The notes under the pieces: model-generated | Database searches by the model: none | The model's input: only the letters and a program-made list of their open reading frames with translations | Told to the model about the DNA's origin: nothing | Made by a program: the position numbers and the translations under genes | In this document: positions 50,488 to 60,117 of the stretch, one piece after another | How the letters are laid out: the number at the start of each line of letters is the position of its first letter | How positions within the stretch are numbered: position 1 is the first letter of the stretch | Assembly (NCBI GenBank): GCA_963842085.1 | Contig: CAWJET010000001.1 | Coordinates: forward strand, 1,952,001-2,016,000 | Source: an uncultured delta proteobacterium | GTDB taxonomy: Bacteria > Desulfobacterota > Binatia > Binatales > Binataceae | DNA length: 64,000 nucleotides | Direction of reading: 5' to 3'

Positions 50488-51720
50488 ATGGCTACAGACC
50501 AACGCACCCGATTGTCCAGGCGAGCCACGATTAAGAACGTCGTCCGGCTGATTCCCGCCGTTGTTATTATCGCAGCGACGCTCAATACGGTGTCGTGCGG
50601 AAGCAATGGGCTTCTGACGTCGGTCAATAACAATTCCGCGTCCCCGACATCTACTCAGACACAGGGCACGGGAGCGCTCGCGTTCGTGACCAACTACAAC
50701 GATGCCAAGGTGTCGTCGTTCACGCGCAATCTCACGACTGGCGCGCTCAAGCTTACGGGGCAGGTGAAGGCAGGCGCAACCAATGGGCCGCGCGGCGTGA
50801 TCGCGTCGCCCAACGGCAACTTTCTCTACGTCGCGAATATCGGCGACGATAGTATCTACGAGTTCGCGATCAATTCGCACAACGGAAAGCTGACGCAGTT
50901 GGCGAAGGTGGCAAACGGGAGTGGGACTGGACCCGACGAACTTGCGATGAATTCCAACGGGACGCTGCTGTGGGTGACCAACGCGCACAAGGGAACGGTT
51001 GGATGGTACACAGTTAACGCCGCCACGGGATTGATCAACCTGAACTCGGGAGGCTCGATTGGCGGCTTCGGTACTCCTTTTGGTGTCGCGCTGCATCCAT
51101 CACTGGCGGAGTTGTACGTGTCGGATACGGCCGCCCCCGGGCTTATACAGCCGATGTCGTACAACACCAGCACCGGAGCGCTGGCGAAGAACTTTCCCGC
51201 GGTGACGAGTGCGTCTCCGCTGGCGATGAAGCCCGCTGCGATCGCGATCGACGCAGCGGGAGCAGCGCTGTTCATCGCGGACCAGGGAAACGGCGAGGCA
51301 TCGTCGTTTTCGATCGATGCCATGGGCGCTCTTACCCCGATCATTGCAGTCGCCAACAGCAGCGTTGGCGACGTGCCGGTGGGAGTCGGCATCGGGGTAA
51401 ACGCTGGCGCTGAGTACCTGTTCACCGCCAACCAGGGCGGTGGCTCGGTGTCGTCGTTTACCGTCACCAGCGTGACGAACGTCATCACGCCGCCGGTGAC
51501 CGTGCCGCAGCCGCCGGGAGCAGCCTACAACGGGCCGACCGGGTTGGTCGTCGATCCGCAGAACCTGTTCGTTTACACTGCGGACAATTTCGACGGCACC
51601 GTCTCGCAGTCAAGTATCAAAGGCTCGTGCGGGATTCAGCTGTGCGAGGTTGGTCTGGTATCGACCGAGAGTCCGCATAATGCCAACAGCGGTCCGTTCG
51701 GGATCACGCTCGCGCAGTGA
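50488..51720 (+). CDS. Lactonase-family beta-propeller lipoprotein
   Basis: Lipobox-like 'VSC'; blades 'GPRG..SPNGNFLYVAN', 'YLFTANQG', 'DPQNLFVYTAD'. Confidence 0.75.
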   Translation: MATDQRTRLSRRATIKNVVRLIPAVVIIAATLNTVSCGSNGLLTSVNNNSASPTSTQTQGTGALAFVTNYNDAKVSSFTRNLTTGALKLTGQVKAGATNGPRGVIASPNGNFLYVANIGDDSIYEFAINSHNGKLTQLAKVANGSGTGPDELAMNSNGTLLWVTNAHKGTVGWYTVNAATGLINLNSGGSIGGFGTPFGVALHPSLAELYVSDTAAPGLIQPMSYNTSTGALAKNFPAVTSASPLAMKPAAIAIDAAGAALFIADQGNGEASSFSIDAMGALTPIIAVANSSVGDVPVGVGIGVNAGAEYLFTANQGGGSVSSFTVTSVTNVITPPVTVPQPPGAAYNGPTGLVVDPQNLFVYTADNFDGTVSQSSIKGSCGIQLCEVGLVSTESPHNANSGPFGITLAQ

Positions 51721-51722
51721 CC

Positions 51723-52523
51723 TCACATGCTGAGGCAGGCTTCGGCGGCGAGTGCGAACAAGCGCTCGCGGATTTGATGACGCGTCCAGTTGCGATGGTC
51801 CCAGTCGTTGCCGCCTAGATCGTCGCCACCATAGAGAATCTGCCCGAACTGGACGCGGCGGAACTGCGCGACGGCGAAAAACGCCGCCGCTTCCATCTCG
51901 ACCGTGAGGCATCCTTCGCGCTTGCGCGCGCGCATCCGGGCGCGCGTCTCGCGAAGGATCCCGTCGGTGGTCCAGGTCTTCGCGACAATGTAATCCAACC
52001 CGTTTCGCCGCAGTGTTTTTTCGATCGCTGCCAGGGCGCGCGGATGCGGCGCGACTTCGCGCGACGGCGGCAGGTAATGGTACGAGGTGCCCTCGTCGCG
52101 AACGGCGGAGTTGGGCACAATGATGTGGCCGACGGCGATCTTCGAATCGAGCACGCCCGCGCCGCCGCATGCGATGAACTTGCGCGAGCCGAGCGCGATC
52201 ATCAGTTCGAGCATCGCCGCCGAGATCGGAGCGCCGACGCGCGGATGAAGCACGGCGAGCCGGCGGCCGTTGAAATCGAGCTCGTAAACCGGATGCCTGC
52301 CGGTCTCCCAATTCGCGATGTGAATTTCCCGGGCGCCGTTGCGCACCAGCTCGTCGATCACGTCCTGGAAGAAGCAGAGCACGCAATGCTTTGGCACGTC
52401 GATGGATTTGTAGACGCGGCGCGGCTCGATGATGGCGGTCGGGGAGGGATCGTGCTCGAGGATGGGAAAGGGGTGAGTGGGAAGCCGCTTCAGGGTGCGC
52501 GATTTGCGGCGTCGGGATTTCAT
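51723..52523 (-). CDS. Nucleoside phosphorylase (PNP/UDP family)
   Basis: 'GAP', 'CGGAG', 'RDEGTSYHY', 'WTTD..RET', 'VEMEAA'. Confidence 0.88.
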   Translation of the reverse strand: MKSRRRKSRTLKRLPTHPFPILEHDPSPTAIIEPRRVYKSIDVPKHCVLCFFQDVIDELVRNGAREIHIANWETGRHPVYELDFNGRRLAVLHPRVGAPISAAMLELMIALGSRKFIACGGAGVLDSKIAVGHIIVPNSAVRDEGTSYHYLPPSREVAPHPRALAAIEKTLRRNGLDYIVAKTWTTDGILRETRARMRARKREGCLTVEMEAAAFFAVAQFRRVQFGQILYGGDDLGGNDWDHRNWTRHQIRERLFALAAEACLSM

Positions 52524-52537
52524 GGGGAGAGAGCTTA

Positions 52538-52601
52538 GTAAAACCCGCTGTGGGTTTCACACTTCCTTGAGCAGGTAATGCCACCCCAGGCCCCTGCCCC
52601 C
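52538..52601 (+). repeat. Degenerate family A repeat
   Basis: GTAAAACCC-N5-GGGTTTCACACTTCCTT..GCAGG...CCCCTGCCCC. Confidence 0.65.
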
Positions 52602-52604
52602 TGG

Positions 52605-53054
52605 CTACTGCGTGATGACCATCGCCGCTGTGCGGGTGAGCGGGATGGTGACCGAGGAGACTAAGCTGGTCAGCGGCGGGTAGTTGTAGCTGACGACCAC
52701 GGTAACCACGCTCCCGGGCTTATTGTTCGGTGACCAGGTCGTGGCGACGGTCAGCGATTTGGTGTTGAGCACACCGACGACGAGAACGTTCACGTAATTC
52801 TGGACATCGGTCGACGACACAACGGTCGGCGCGGTCGAGCCATGGACTGTCGCATAGCGAACGGCCTGCTGGGCGCTGTAACAGACGAAGTCGTAGCAAT
52901 AGAGCGCCAGCGCGAAGTTGATGATGCCGAAAAACAGGGCCAGGCACGGCGTGAGCACCAGCGCGAACTCGGCCATCCCCTGTCCGCGATGCGAACCTCG
53001 GATGGCCGCGCGCCATTGTCGGCGCGATGGCTTGGCGATGCCCGTCGCTTCCAT
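52605..53054 (-). CDS. TadE-family pseudopilin
   Basis: Prepilin motif 'RGQGMAEFAL' followed by a hydrophobic helix. Confidence 0.88.
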   Translation of the reverse strand: MEATGIAKPSRRQWRAAIRGSHRGQGMAEFALVLTPCLALFFGIINFALALYCYDFVCYSAQQAVRYATVHGSTAPTVVSSTDVQNYVNVLVVGVLNTKSLTVATTWSPNNKPGSVVTVVVSYNYPPLTSLVSSVTIPLTRTAAMVITQ

Positions 53055-53058
53055 TTGG

Positions 53059-53526
53059 CTATTGGACGACCCGCATAACGGCTTCGCCGGGCACCGTCAT
53101 CGACGGCAGGGCGCCCATGAAATTGATCAGCGGCGTGTATGGCGCGCTGGTGTTGACCTGCGCGTATAACAAGCGATGGCTGCCGGCGCAGTCGGTGGCC
53201 AGACAGGTCGAGGCGCTCCCGTCGGAGCACTTGCAGAAGTGAGTCGCGGTAACGGTCATCCGGGCAATATTCGGAGCGTCGTTGGTAGCCGCCTGAATCA
53301 TCCCGGCATTGTCGGCCGCGGTCGACAGATTCTGCGCACCGTACTGAACGCCGGCGCGCGCCGCGTTGGCGACCGAAATCGCGATATAGAACGCGCGGCC
53401 CGTTTCCACCACCACCAGGAACATCATCAGCAGCATCGGCAAACTAAGCGCGAGCTCCACCGAGGCCTGGCCAGGAGCGCGGCCGCCGCGCGATCGTATC
53501 CACCTCGATGTGCGCATCGCACTCAT
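53059..53526 (-). CDS. TadE-family pseudopilin
   Basis: 'GQASVELAL..P' and 'NAARAG'. Confidence 0.88.
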   Translation of the reverse strand: MSAMRTSRWIRSRGGRAPGQASVELALSLPMLLMMFLVVVETGRAFYIAISVANAARAGVQYGAQNLSTAADNAGMIQAATNDAPNIARMTVTATHFCKCSDGSASTCLATDCAGSHRLLYAQVNTSAPYTPLINFMGALPSMTVPGEAVMRVVQ

Positions 53527-54812
53527 TCCGCCAGGATCGTTGATTTTATTGGCGAGCCGTTTGGCAGCGACGAATAGTTGCTGCCGACCGACGAGTTGCC
53601 GCAGACCACCAACTCGTCTGCCACCACGATGCTGTAGCCGTTGGCGCTGCTGTTGCCGTTGAAGGTAAGGGAAGTCGTCGGGAAGTAGAGCGCGCCGTCG
53701 AAGGTCGAGCTCGAATTCCCGCTTATCGTGCTGCCTGCGGCAGTGCTCGGGATCGAGCGATCCTGAAAAAACAGGATGCCCGCCAGCGGACCCGAGGTCG
53801 GCGCACTGAAATTAGCCTGCGAGTTGCCGTTCAGCGTAATTGCCCCATAACCACCCAGCCCGGTCGTATTGTAGAAGGTTATCCCGGTGCCGGTCATCAC
53901 CGCGTTGGCGTTTATGTTCATTCCGCCGCCGGCGAGCACGTAGGTTCCCGTGTTGAAATTCAGCCAGGCATTGCCGCGGACCGAGATACCGCCGCAATAA
54001 GTGCCGGCGTAGAGCTGGTAAGGACTGCCGCTGCTCCCGGTGTTTCCGTTCAAGGAAAAATTGGTGTGAGCGCATGAGCCGACAGCAGGCGCCTGCACGT
54101 AGGCCAGCGGATCGGTCGCTGCGATCACCCCGGTCTTGGGCGTAGGCGTGAGCGTGACGTTGCCGGTTTCGCTATAGTTGCCGACGACTCCGATCATCGG
54201 CGCGCTGATCGTCACGTTGCCTTTGGCGGTTAGACCGCTCGAGGAGCTCGAGTCGACCATCAGGCCGCAGCTACTCTGGACGTTGACGTTGCCGTTGGTG
54301 GACAGCGCGCCCGAGGCCGACGGATCCAGTACGTAGATGCAGTTCGGCCCATTGCCCTCGTATGCAACCGCGCGCGCCGACACCGTCATCGAGCTGACTC
54401 CGAGCACGCGCAGGAAATAAGTAGGCTCGGGCTTGGTGACGATTGCCTCGACGTACGCCGAGTTCGACGCATTCGGGCCCGTACTCGGAGGATTATTGAT
54501 AGCAACGGTGACGCCGCTTTGGCCGTCGGTGTATCCGCTGGTTGCCGCGTCCGCTTTGCCCGCAGTAATCAGGTCGCCGTAGTTCAGTTCCGCGGCGCCG
54601 GCCATCGCCGCGCTATCGGCCGCCGTCTGCATCATGTTCCTTTGGTGTTGCATGAAGCTGAAATCGGCGACGACGGCAATCATGCCCATGAGCGCGATCA
54701 GCGCGACGCAGATCAACACCATGACCTGACCGCTCGCGCTCGCCGCCACGCCAATCAGGTTGTTTGTGGCCGGTCGTCCTGCCGTGCGCCGCGCCGCTGG
54801 ATTGCTCGTCAT
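53523..54812 (-). CDS. TadG-like pilus assembly protein with a Gly/Asn-rich beta-rich C-terminus
   Basis: 'GQVMVL', 'MQTAADSAAMAGA', 'GILFFQDR', 'GALYFP'. Confidence 0.8.
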   Translation of the reverse strand: MTSNPAARRTAGRPATNNLIGVAASASGQVMVLICVALIALMGMIAVVADFSFMQHQRNMMQTAADSAAMAGAAELNYGDLITAGKADAATSGYTDGQSGVTVAINNPPSTGPNASNSAYVEAIVTKPEPTYFLRVLGVSSMTVSARAVAYEGNGPNCIYVLDPSASGALSTNGNVNVQSSCGLMVDSSSSSGLTAKGNVTISAPMIGVVGNYSETGNVTLTPTPKTGVIAATDPLAYVQAPAVGSCAHTNFSLNGNTGSSGSPYQLYAGTYCGGISVRGNAWLNFNTGTYVLAGGGMNINANAVMTGTGITFYNTTGLGGYGAITLNGNSQANFSAPTSGPLAGILFFQDRSIPSTAAGSTISGNSSSTFDGALYFPTTSLTFNGNSSANGYSIVVADELVVCGNSSVGSNYSSLPNGSPIKSTILAE

Positions 54813-55061
54813 AATCGGTACACTCCAAGCGTATAAAGCACCGCCCGTGCCATCCGATTAGTCCTCGGATCGCCACGGCATACGCCGAAATATGTCCTAA
54901 GCTGATTTGCTGTGTGTCCGGTTTTGACGCTGCGGGAGAGACCGCGCCCCGCTCAGCCGACAGGCGACCGGGGGATAAATCCTATTGACGATTCATCCCC
55001 GCTTGCCCTAATGTCCGAGAACAGACAAAAACGCGGCTCCACGCCGCTCGGAGGCTAGTGT

Positions 55062-56378
55062 ATGCGAAGGCAGCAGACTTTGTCATCCCGGATTTCGGCG
55101 ACCGTGGTGGCTTTGGCGTTGTTTGCAATCGGCGCGCTCAGCTCTTCAGGGTACGCCCAAGTCAAGCCGGGTGATTTCATCACGCCGGATAATGCAACCA
55201 AGGTTAGAGATCTCGTATCACCCGGCGTGTACTACAAGGTCGAGCGCGGCATGACGATGAAGATCGTGCCTGCACAGCGCGTCGATTGGCCGCCTCCATA
55301 TAAGGATGCGACCGAAAAATATTCTTCACAGGTCCGGCTTTCGCGGGACAAGCGCTCGATCGTCGGTTTCGTCGCCGGTCAGCCATTTCCGCTGATCGAC
55401 GCCAACGACCCCGATGTGGCCGTCAAGGTTATCTGGAACAACGTCTTCCGCCCAATCACTTCGGACGACTACGATCTCCGATACTATGACTGCGATTCCG
55501 AGTACCAGAAAAGGGGCCCGCAGACCGGGCAGATCGAGTATTTCCAAATCGGCCATTACGCCGGTTACGACCTGGTCGGCCGGACCGAAGTAGAGCCTCT
55601 TCCCACCGATCCGGATTTCAAAGTCACCGGCCGTTACTGGCTGTTCGGCCTCTACCCGATCCTGGCGCCGCAGGAAATTCGAGGAACCGGATTCATCCGA
55701 TATCGCTACGCCGATCCAAAACGGGGCGACGACATCTGGAGTCTTGACGCCGGCTCGCGCCGCCTCCGCCGCGTCAACGAGTCCATCATGAGTTCCTCAA
55801 CCACCGCGGGCGGAACCTCGGCTCATGCGTGGGACCCCGATCATTACTCCGGCTTCAATCCCAAGACCGAAGAGTACACCTACAAATTCCTTGGCGAGAA
55901 GAACATGCTCGCGACGATCCACGCCGAGCATTCGCCCGAACAGCGATGCCCCACCGACGGCGGCGCCAGCGCATGCCCCGAGGCATGGGAGATGCGCCAT
56001 ATGTACATAGTCCAGGCGTTGCCCGATCGCTCGCGCGTCAACGCGCTGGATTCGCGCACCGTCATTTTCATGGACAGTGAGATGTGGTTCGAGCCCTACA
56101 TCGACACTTACGACCGCGCCGGCCATCTCTTCCGCTCCCACATCTATTGGCTGGCGACTCGCGATCGTCCGGTGCCCGACGCCAAGGTCGCAATCTATCC
56201 GTTCAAGCGCTCGTTCGTCGTAGGCGCGGTCTCGACCGACGTGCAGTCCGGCCTCGCGACTATGTGCTATCTGCCGGGGCTGGAAACGCCGGAACGCGAA
56301 TGCTGGTATATCAACATGGGTGCGGTTGATCGCGCCTTCTTCACCACTCAAGCGATGTTCCGCGCGGCCTCGTTCTAG
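55062..56378 (+). CDS. DUF1329-family exported protein
   Basis: GGAGG RBS, signal peptide, 'AQVKPGDFITP', 'GQPFP', 'RRLRR', 'WEMR', 'YDRAGHLFR'. Confidence 0.82.
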   Translation: MRRQQTLSSRISATVVALALFAIGALSSSGYAQVKPGDFITPDNATKVRDLVSPGVYYKVERGMTMKIVPAQRVDWPPPYKDATEKYSSQVRLSRDKRSIVGFVAGQPFPLIDANDPDVAVKVIWNNVFRPITSDDYDLRYYDCDSEYQKRGPQTGQIEYFQIGHYAGYDLVGRTEVEPLPTDPDFKVTGRYWLFGLYPILAPQEIRGTGFIRYRYADPKRGDDIWSLDAGSRRLRRVNESIMSSSTTAGGTSAHAWDPDHYSGFNPKTEEYTYKFLGEKNMLATIHAEHSPEQRCPTDGGASACPEAWEMRHMYIVQALPDRSRVNALDSRTVIFMDSEMWFEPYIDTYDRAGHLFRSHIYWLATRDRPVPDAKVAIYPFKRSFVVGAVSTDVQSGLATMCYLPGLETPERECWYINMGAVDRAFFTTQAMFRAASF

Positions 56379-56412
56379 GCCACTCGCATCAAGCGACAAC
56401 TGTCCGTGATGA

Positions 56413-56451
56413 AACGGGCGCGGTCATAGGTACCGCGCCCGTTCCTTTTTT
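56413..56451 (+). terminator. Intrinsic terminator
   Basis: 12-bp stem AACGGGCGCGGT/ACCGCGCCCGTT followed by a T-tract, between convergent genes. Confidence 0.8.
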
Positions 56452-56485
56452 CCGTAACCCTGAGCCCAGCGCCCCGCGTCTCCCA

Positions 56486-57478
56486 CTACACGATCCGCTT
56501 CTGGCCGTGCTTGAATCCGCCCTGCTCGCCGATCGCTTCGTTGCCGCGCTCGGGCTCGGCCCGCTCCCGCTCGGGTTGAGGGTCGCGCTCAGGCTCGCGA
56601 CGTCGTCCGCGGCCCGGTCCCTCTCCGCGCGGCTGGGGACGGCCGCCCGCAGTCGGCACTATCTCGATCGACCGCATCAATCCTTCACCCGCCGAGCGCG
56701 TGGTGAGCATGGGATCTTCCCTGAGCGCCAGATGCACCACGCGGCGGTCGCGCGGCGGCATTGGATCCAGCCGCACGGGCTTGTGCTCGCGCTTGGCCTT
56801 CTCGCCCATCGACAGCGCCATCCGATGCAATTGCTGGCGGCGCCGCGCGCGATACGCTTCGGTCTCGAGCGAAATCGGCGCCGCATCTTTGATTCGGCGC
56901 GCGAGGATCCGATTCACGAGGTACTCGAGCGCGTCGAGGGTCTGGCCATGCCGCCCGATGAGGATTCCCGAGCCGTCGCCCTTTATTTCGAGCTCGACGG
57001 TCTCCGCGTCCAGCTCGATCTGGCGCACGTCCCCGCGCTCGCCCATCCGCTCGAGGATCTCTTTGAGGATCATCGTCGCTTCACGGCGCTGCTCTTCGAC
57101 GTCCGCGCTCTTGCGCCCCGCTGCGCCGGCGTCATCATCACCGGCTGCGCGATTCCTGCCGCGCGCGCTCGGGTCATTGCGGTCTCGCGCTTGATTCTCG
57201 CGCCCGCCAGGCCGCCCGCGGGGTGCGCCTTCCTTGCGCGCAGGCGGAGCCTGGGGGTTCGAGCCCGCATGCTCGCCGGCGCCACCGACCGCATCCGCGC
57301 TCTTGCGCGTCACCCGCACCCGCGCATTGCGTGCGCCGAGTCCGAGCACGCCCGCGCGCGGCGTTGCCAGCACTTCGATCGTGACCTCGTCCTCGCGCGC
57401 GCCGAGCTGTTCGAGGGCTTCCCTGGTCGCCTCTTCCACCGAGGCGGCCGCCAGTTCTATCGAGTCGTTATTACTCAT
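56486..57478 (-). CDS. jag: RNA-binding protein Jag/KhpB/EloR
   Basis: Jag_N 'SVEEA..ALEQLG', KH 'LIGRHGQTLDALEYL', R3H 'RRVVH'; start MSNND overlaps the yidC stop. Confidence 0.92.
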   Translation of the reverse strand: MSNNDSIELAAASVEEATREALEQLGAREDEVTIEVLATPRAGVLGLGARNARVRVTRKSADAVGGAGEHAGSNPQAPPARKEGAPRGRPGGRENQARDRNDPSARGRNRAAGDDDAGAAGRKSADVEEQRREATMILKEILERMGERGDVRQIELDAETVELEIKGDGSGILIGRHGQTLDALEYLVNRILARRIKDAAPISLETEAYRARRRQQLHRMALSMGEKAKREHKPVRLDPMPPRDRRVVHLALREDPMLTTRSAGEGLMRSIEIVPTAGGRPQPRGEGPGRGRRREPERDPQPERERAEPERGNEAIGEQGGFKHGQKRIV

Positions 57479-59214
57479 GTAGCCGGGGTGTATTGTTGGA
57501 ATTCGCGGTTGAGAAAATATTGCTGGACTACGCCCAGCAGGTTCGACGAAAAATAGTACAAAGCCAATCCCGCCGGAAAGTTTATCAGCATGATCGTGAA
57601 AATCAGCGGCGTCAGCATCATCATCCGCTGCTGATTCGGATCGGGCGTGGTCGGCGTCATGTATTGCTGGATAAAACTGGTCAGGCCCATCAACAGCACC
57701 AGCACCGGCAGACCGTGGCAATGCATCAGCGGCAGTTGCGGCAACCCCGGTATATGCAAACAGTCTGGCGTTGACAAATCATTGATCCATCCGATAAACG
57801 GCGCGTGGCGCAACTCGATCGAGTTCAGCAGCGCCTCGTACAAGCCCAGGAAAATCGGCAACTGCAGGGCCATCGGCGCGCATCCGCCCAGCGGGTTGAC
57901 GTGATTGCGCTTGTAGAGGTCCACCATCTCCTTCTGCAACTGCTCGTTCTGGTCCTTGTATTTCTCGCGCAAGCGCTCGATCTGCGGCTGCAGCCGCTGC
58001 ATCTTCATCATCGAGCGCTGGCTTCTGATCGATATCGGCAGGAACGCAATCCGGATCGACACCGTCAGCAGGATGATATCGATGCCGTAGTTGGGCGCGA
58101 TGTAGTGAAACAACTTCAGCGCGCGCAGAAAAATCAGCGCCAGTATCCCGGCCCAGCCGAAATCGATCGCCTTGTGCAGCGCCGGATTTACCGCGTCCAG
58201 CGCCTCGAGCAGCTTCGGCCCCATGTAGATTTCACTGTGGATTCGCGTCGTGCCGTCGAACAGCAGACGCGCGATCGCCTCGTCACCCGCGTACGCCATC
58301 GCGAGCAGGCCGGTCGTCGGCGCCTGGGGCAGAAATACCGCCAGAAAATACCGATCGCCGAAGCCCGCGTACGTGATCGTTCCCGCGACCGGCGGCACTC
58401 CGGTCTTCAGCTTCTTTTCGTTCTCGGTGAGCACCTTGTCGGCGACATCGGCCTGCAGCTCGGGGATATCGTAGTATCCCTGATGCGCCGTCAGCGGCTG
58501 GCTCATCGAGACGCCCAGTTGTCCCGGCGCCGGCCCGCCGGTTACCGCCACGTCCATCGAAAACACATAGCTGGACGGCTTGAATGTGAAGGTCTTGGTG
58601 ATAGTGGTGCCGTCCGCGGTCCTGCCGACGAAGACCGCCGTCGCGTCCGCCCCGGCAGACGCGTTGACTTGCGCGGGCGCGGTCGTCTGGTAGTCGAGAT
58701 CGCGGTCGTCGAGAACCTGGCCCTCGCGCGTTATCACCGCGCCGAGCGGCAGATGGCCTCCCGGCGGTACCTGCACCATCTCGTAGGGCGGGCTGTCTTT
58801 GGCCGCGGTCTGCCGGTAACGCTTCAGAACAAAGCTCTTGAGCCGCGCGCCGTGAGTCGTGAACACGGCGGTGTAAAAATCGGAATCCACTTCGACCGTC
58901 TTTTCCGGCTCCGGCGTCCCCGCCGGCGTCATCGCAGCCGATTGCTGCCCCGCGGCCGCCGTCGCGGCGGTGCCGACGCTCACGACCGCACCGGGCGCGG
59001 CTGCCGTGCTCGCGGCGCCGGCGGGCAATCCCGTCGGCTGCCCGTTGCCAAGCGCCTGGCCCTGCGCAGCCTTGGCCGCCTTCGCCTGCTCGGCGGCCTG
59101 CTGCTGCTGTTGTTCAGTGGGTGGCGGAAAGAATCGCTTCAGCACCAGTTCCTGGTAGGCGACCACCAGTATGATGGACAGAATGACCGCGATTAGAACT
59201 CGACTGGAATCCAA
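57475..59214 (-). CDS. yidC: Membrane protein insertase YidC
   Basis: 'IDFGW', 'NYGIDIILLT', 'NPLGGC.P..LQLPIF', 'GLALYY'. Confidence 0.96.
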   Translation of the reverse strand: MDSSRVLIAVILSIILVVAYQELVLKRFFPPPTEQQQQQAAEQAKAAKAAQGQALGNGQPTGLPAGAASTAAAPGAVVSVGTAATAAAGQQSAAMTPAGTPEPEKTVEVDSDFYTAVFTTHGARLKSFVLKRYRQTAAKDSPPYEMVQVPPGGHLPLGAVITREGQVLDDRDLDYQTTAPAQVNASAGADATAVFVGRTADGTTITKTFTFKPSSYVFSMDVAVTGGPAPGQLGVSMSQPLTAHQGYYDIPELQADVADKVLTENEKKLKTGVPPVAGTITYAGFGDRYFLAVFLPQAPTTGLLAMAYAGDEAIARLLFDGTTRIHSEIYMGPKLLEALDAVNPALHKAIDFGWAGILALIFLRALKLFHYIAPNYGIDIILLTVSIRIAFLPISIRSQRSMMKMQRLQPQIERLREKYKDQNEQLQKEMVDLYKRNHVNPLGGCAPMALQLPIFLGLYEALLNSIELRHAPFIGWINDLSTPDCLHIPGLPQLPLMHCHGLPVLVLLMGLTSFIQQYMTPTTPDPNQQRMMMLTPLIFTIMLINFPAGLALYYFSSNLLGVVQQYFLNREFQQYTPAT

Positions 59215-59215
59215 C

Positions 59216-59581
59216 TTAGTTCCTTGTTTCCTGTGTCTGCGCTGATGCCGAGGGCGCGGATGAGGGTGCGATTCCAGCTGAGGTCTCCGCTAGGTATGCG
59301 TCGGCTTCGGAAGAGGCCGCGCGCACGGGATCGTACCCATGGCCACCCATCGGATTGCATCGCGCGAGTCGCCAAATCGCCATGACGCCGCCGCGAATAA
59401 TCCCGTATTCGGCAATCGCGTCTTGCGCATACGCCGAGCAACTCGGCTCGAAGCGGCATGCCGGCCCGTTCATCGCATGGAGCAACGGCGAGACGGCCGC
59501 GCGATAAATCGCAACCGCGCCGAGCGCGACGAATCGCGGCGTCGCCTTGAATCGATCTAATGTGCCTGCCACCGCCATCAT
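59216..59581 (-). CDS. yidD: Membrane protein insertion efficiency factor
   Basis: 'CRFEPSCSAYA' and 'RCNPM..GYDPV'. Confidence 0.93.
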   Translation of the reverse strand: MMAVAGTLDRFKATPRFVALGAVAIYRAAVSPLLHAMNGPACRFEPSCSAYAQDAIAEYGIIRGGVMAIWRLARCNPMGGHGYDPVRAASSEADAYLAETSAGIAPSSAPSASAQTQETRN

Positions 59582-59952
59582 TTGCGCCCGGCGATTCGAC
59601 CGCTCAGATTGCGCGCAGCCATCGTGAGTTCATCGCTGATCGCCGCCGATTCGAGCGCAGCCGCGCCGCCGCGCGCAATCACGACGATCGAGGTCCCGGC
59701 GGGAAGCTCATCGCGAATAACCCGCCTGAAAATCTCGCGGACGCGACGCTTGACCCGGTTTCGCGTCACCGCGTTGCCGATCCTGCGCGAGACCGTAACA
59801 CCCAGCCGTGAGCGCGCCGGCTCGCCGCCGAGCTTGCCCGCGTAGAGCACGAAGTGGGGGCTCTGAAATCGCACGCCGTCGCGCTGGAGGCGCAAAAATT
59901 CCGCGCTTCGATGCAGCCGGTCCGCCGCCGCGAAGCTCAATTGCGCGCGCAC
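59578..59952 (-). CDS. rnpA: Ribonuclease P protein component
   Basis: 'RLGVTVSRRIGNAVTRNRVKRRVRE' (RNR motif). Confidence 0.95.
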   Translation of the reverse strand: MRAQLSFAAADRLHRSAEFLRLQRDGVRFQSPHFVLYAGKLGGEPARSRLGVTVSRRIGNAVTRNRVKRRVREIFRRVIRDELPAGTSIVVIARGGAAALESAAISDELTMAARNLSGRIAGRK

Positions 59953-59958
59953 TGGAGG

Positions 59959-60117
59959 TTAGCCCGGCTGCTTGGGCGGTATCGAGATTGCGAGGCGCAC
60001 GCGGCCCTTGGCGCGGCGGCGCTTGAGCACCTTGCGTCCGCCCGGCGTGGCCATCCGCGCCAGGAATCCATGAGTTCGTTTGCGTCGGCGGTTGTGAGGT
60101 TGGTAGGTCCTTTTCAT
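59959..60117 (-). CDS. rpmH: 50S ribosomal protein L34
   Basis: [42 protein letters not shown]..., 52 aa, below the ORF-track cutoff. Confidence 0.97.
   Translation of the reverse strand: MKRTYQPHNRRRKRTHGFLARMATPGGRKVLKRRRAKGRVRLAISIPPKQPG

Noticed and set aside
54835-54856. Possible sigma54 promoter for the tad genes (ATGCACG-N5-TGC)
   Set aside because: The invariant -24 GG is missing.
57479-57721. N-terminal extension of Jag in the ORF track
   Set aside because: It overlaps yidC in another frame; the Jag_N domain starts at 57478.
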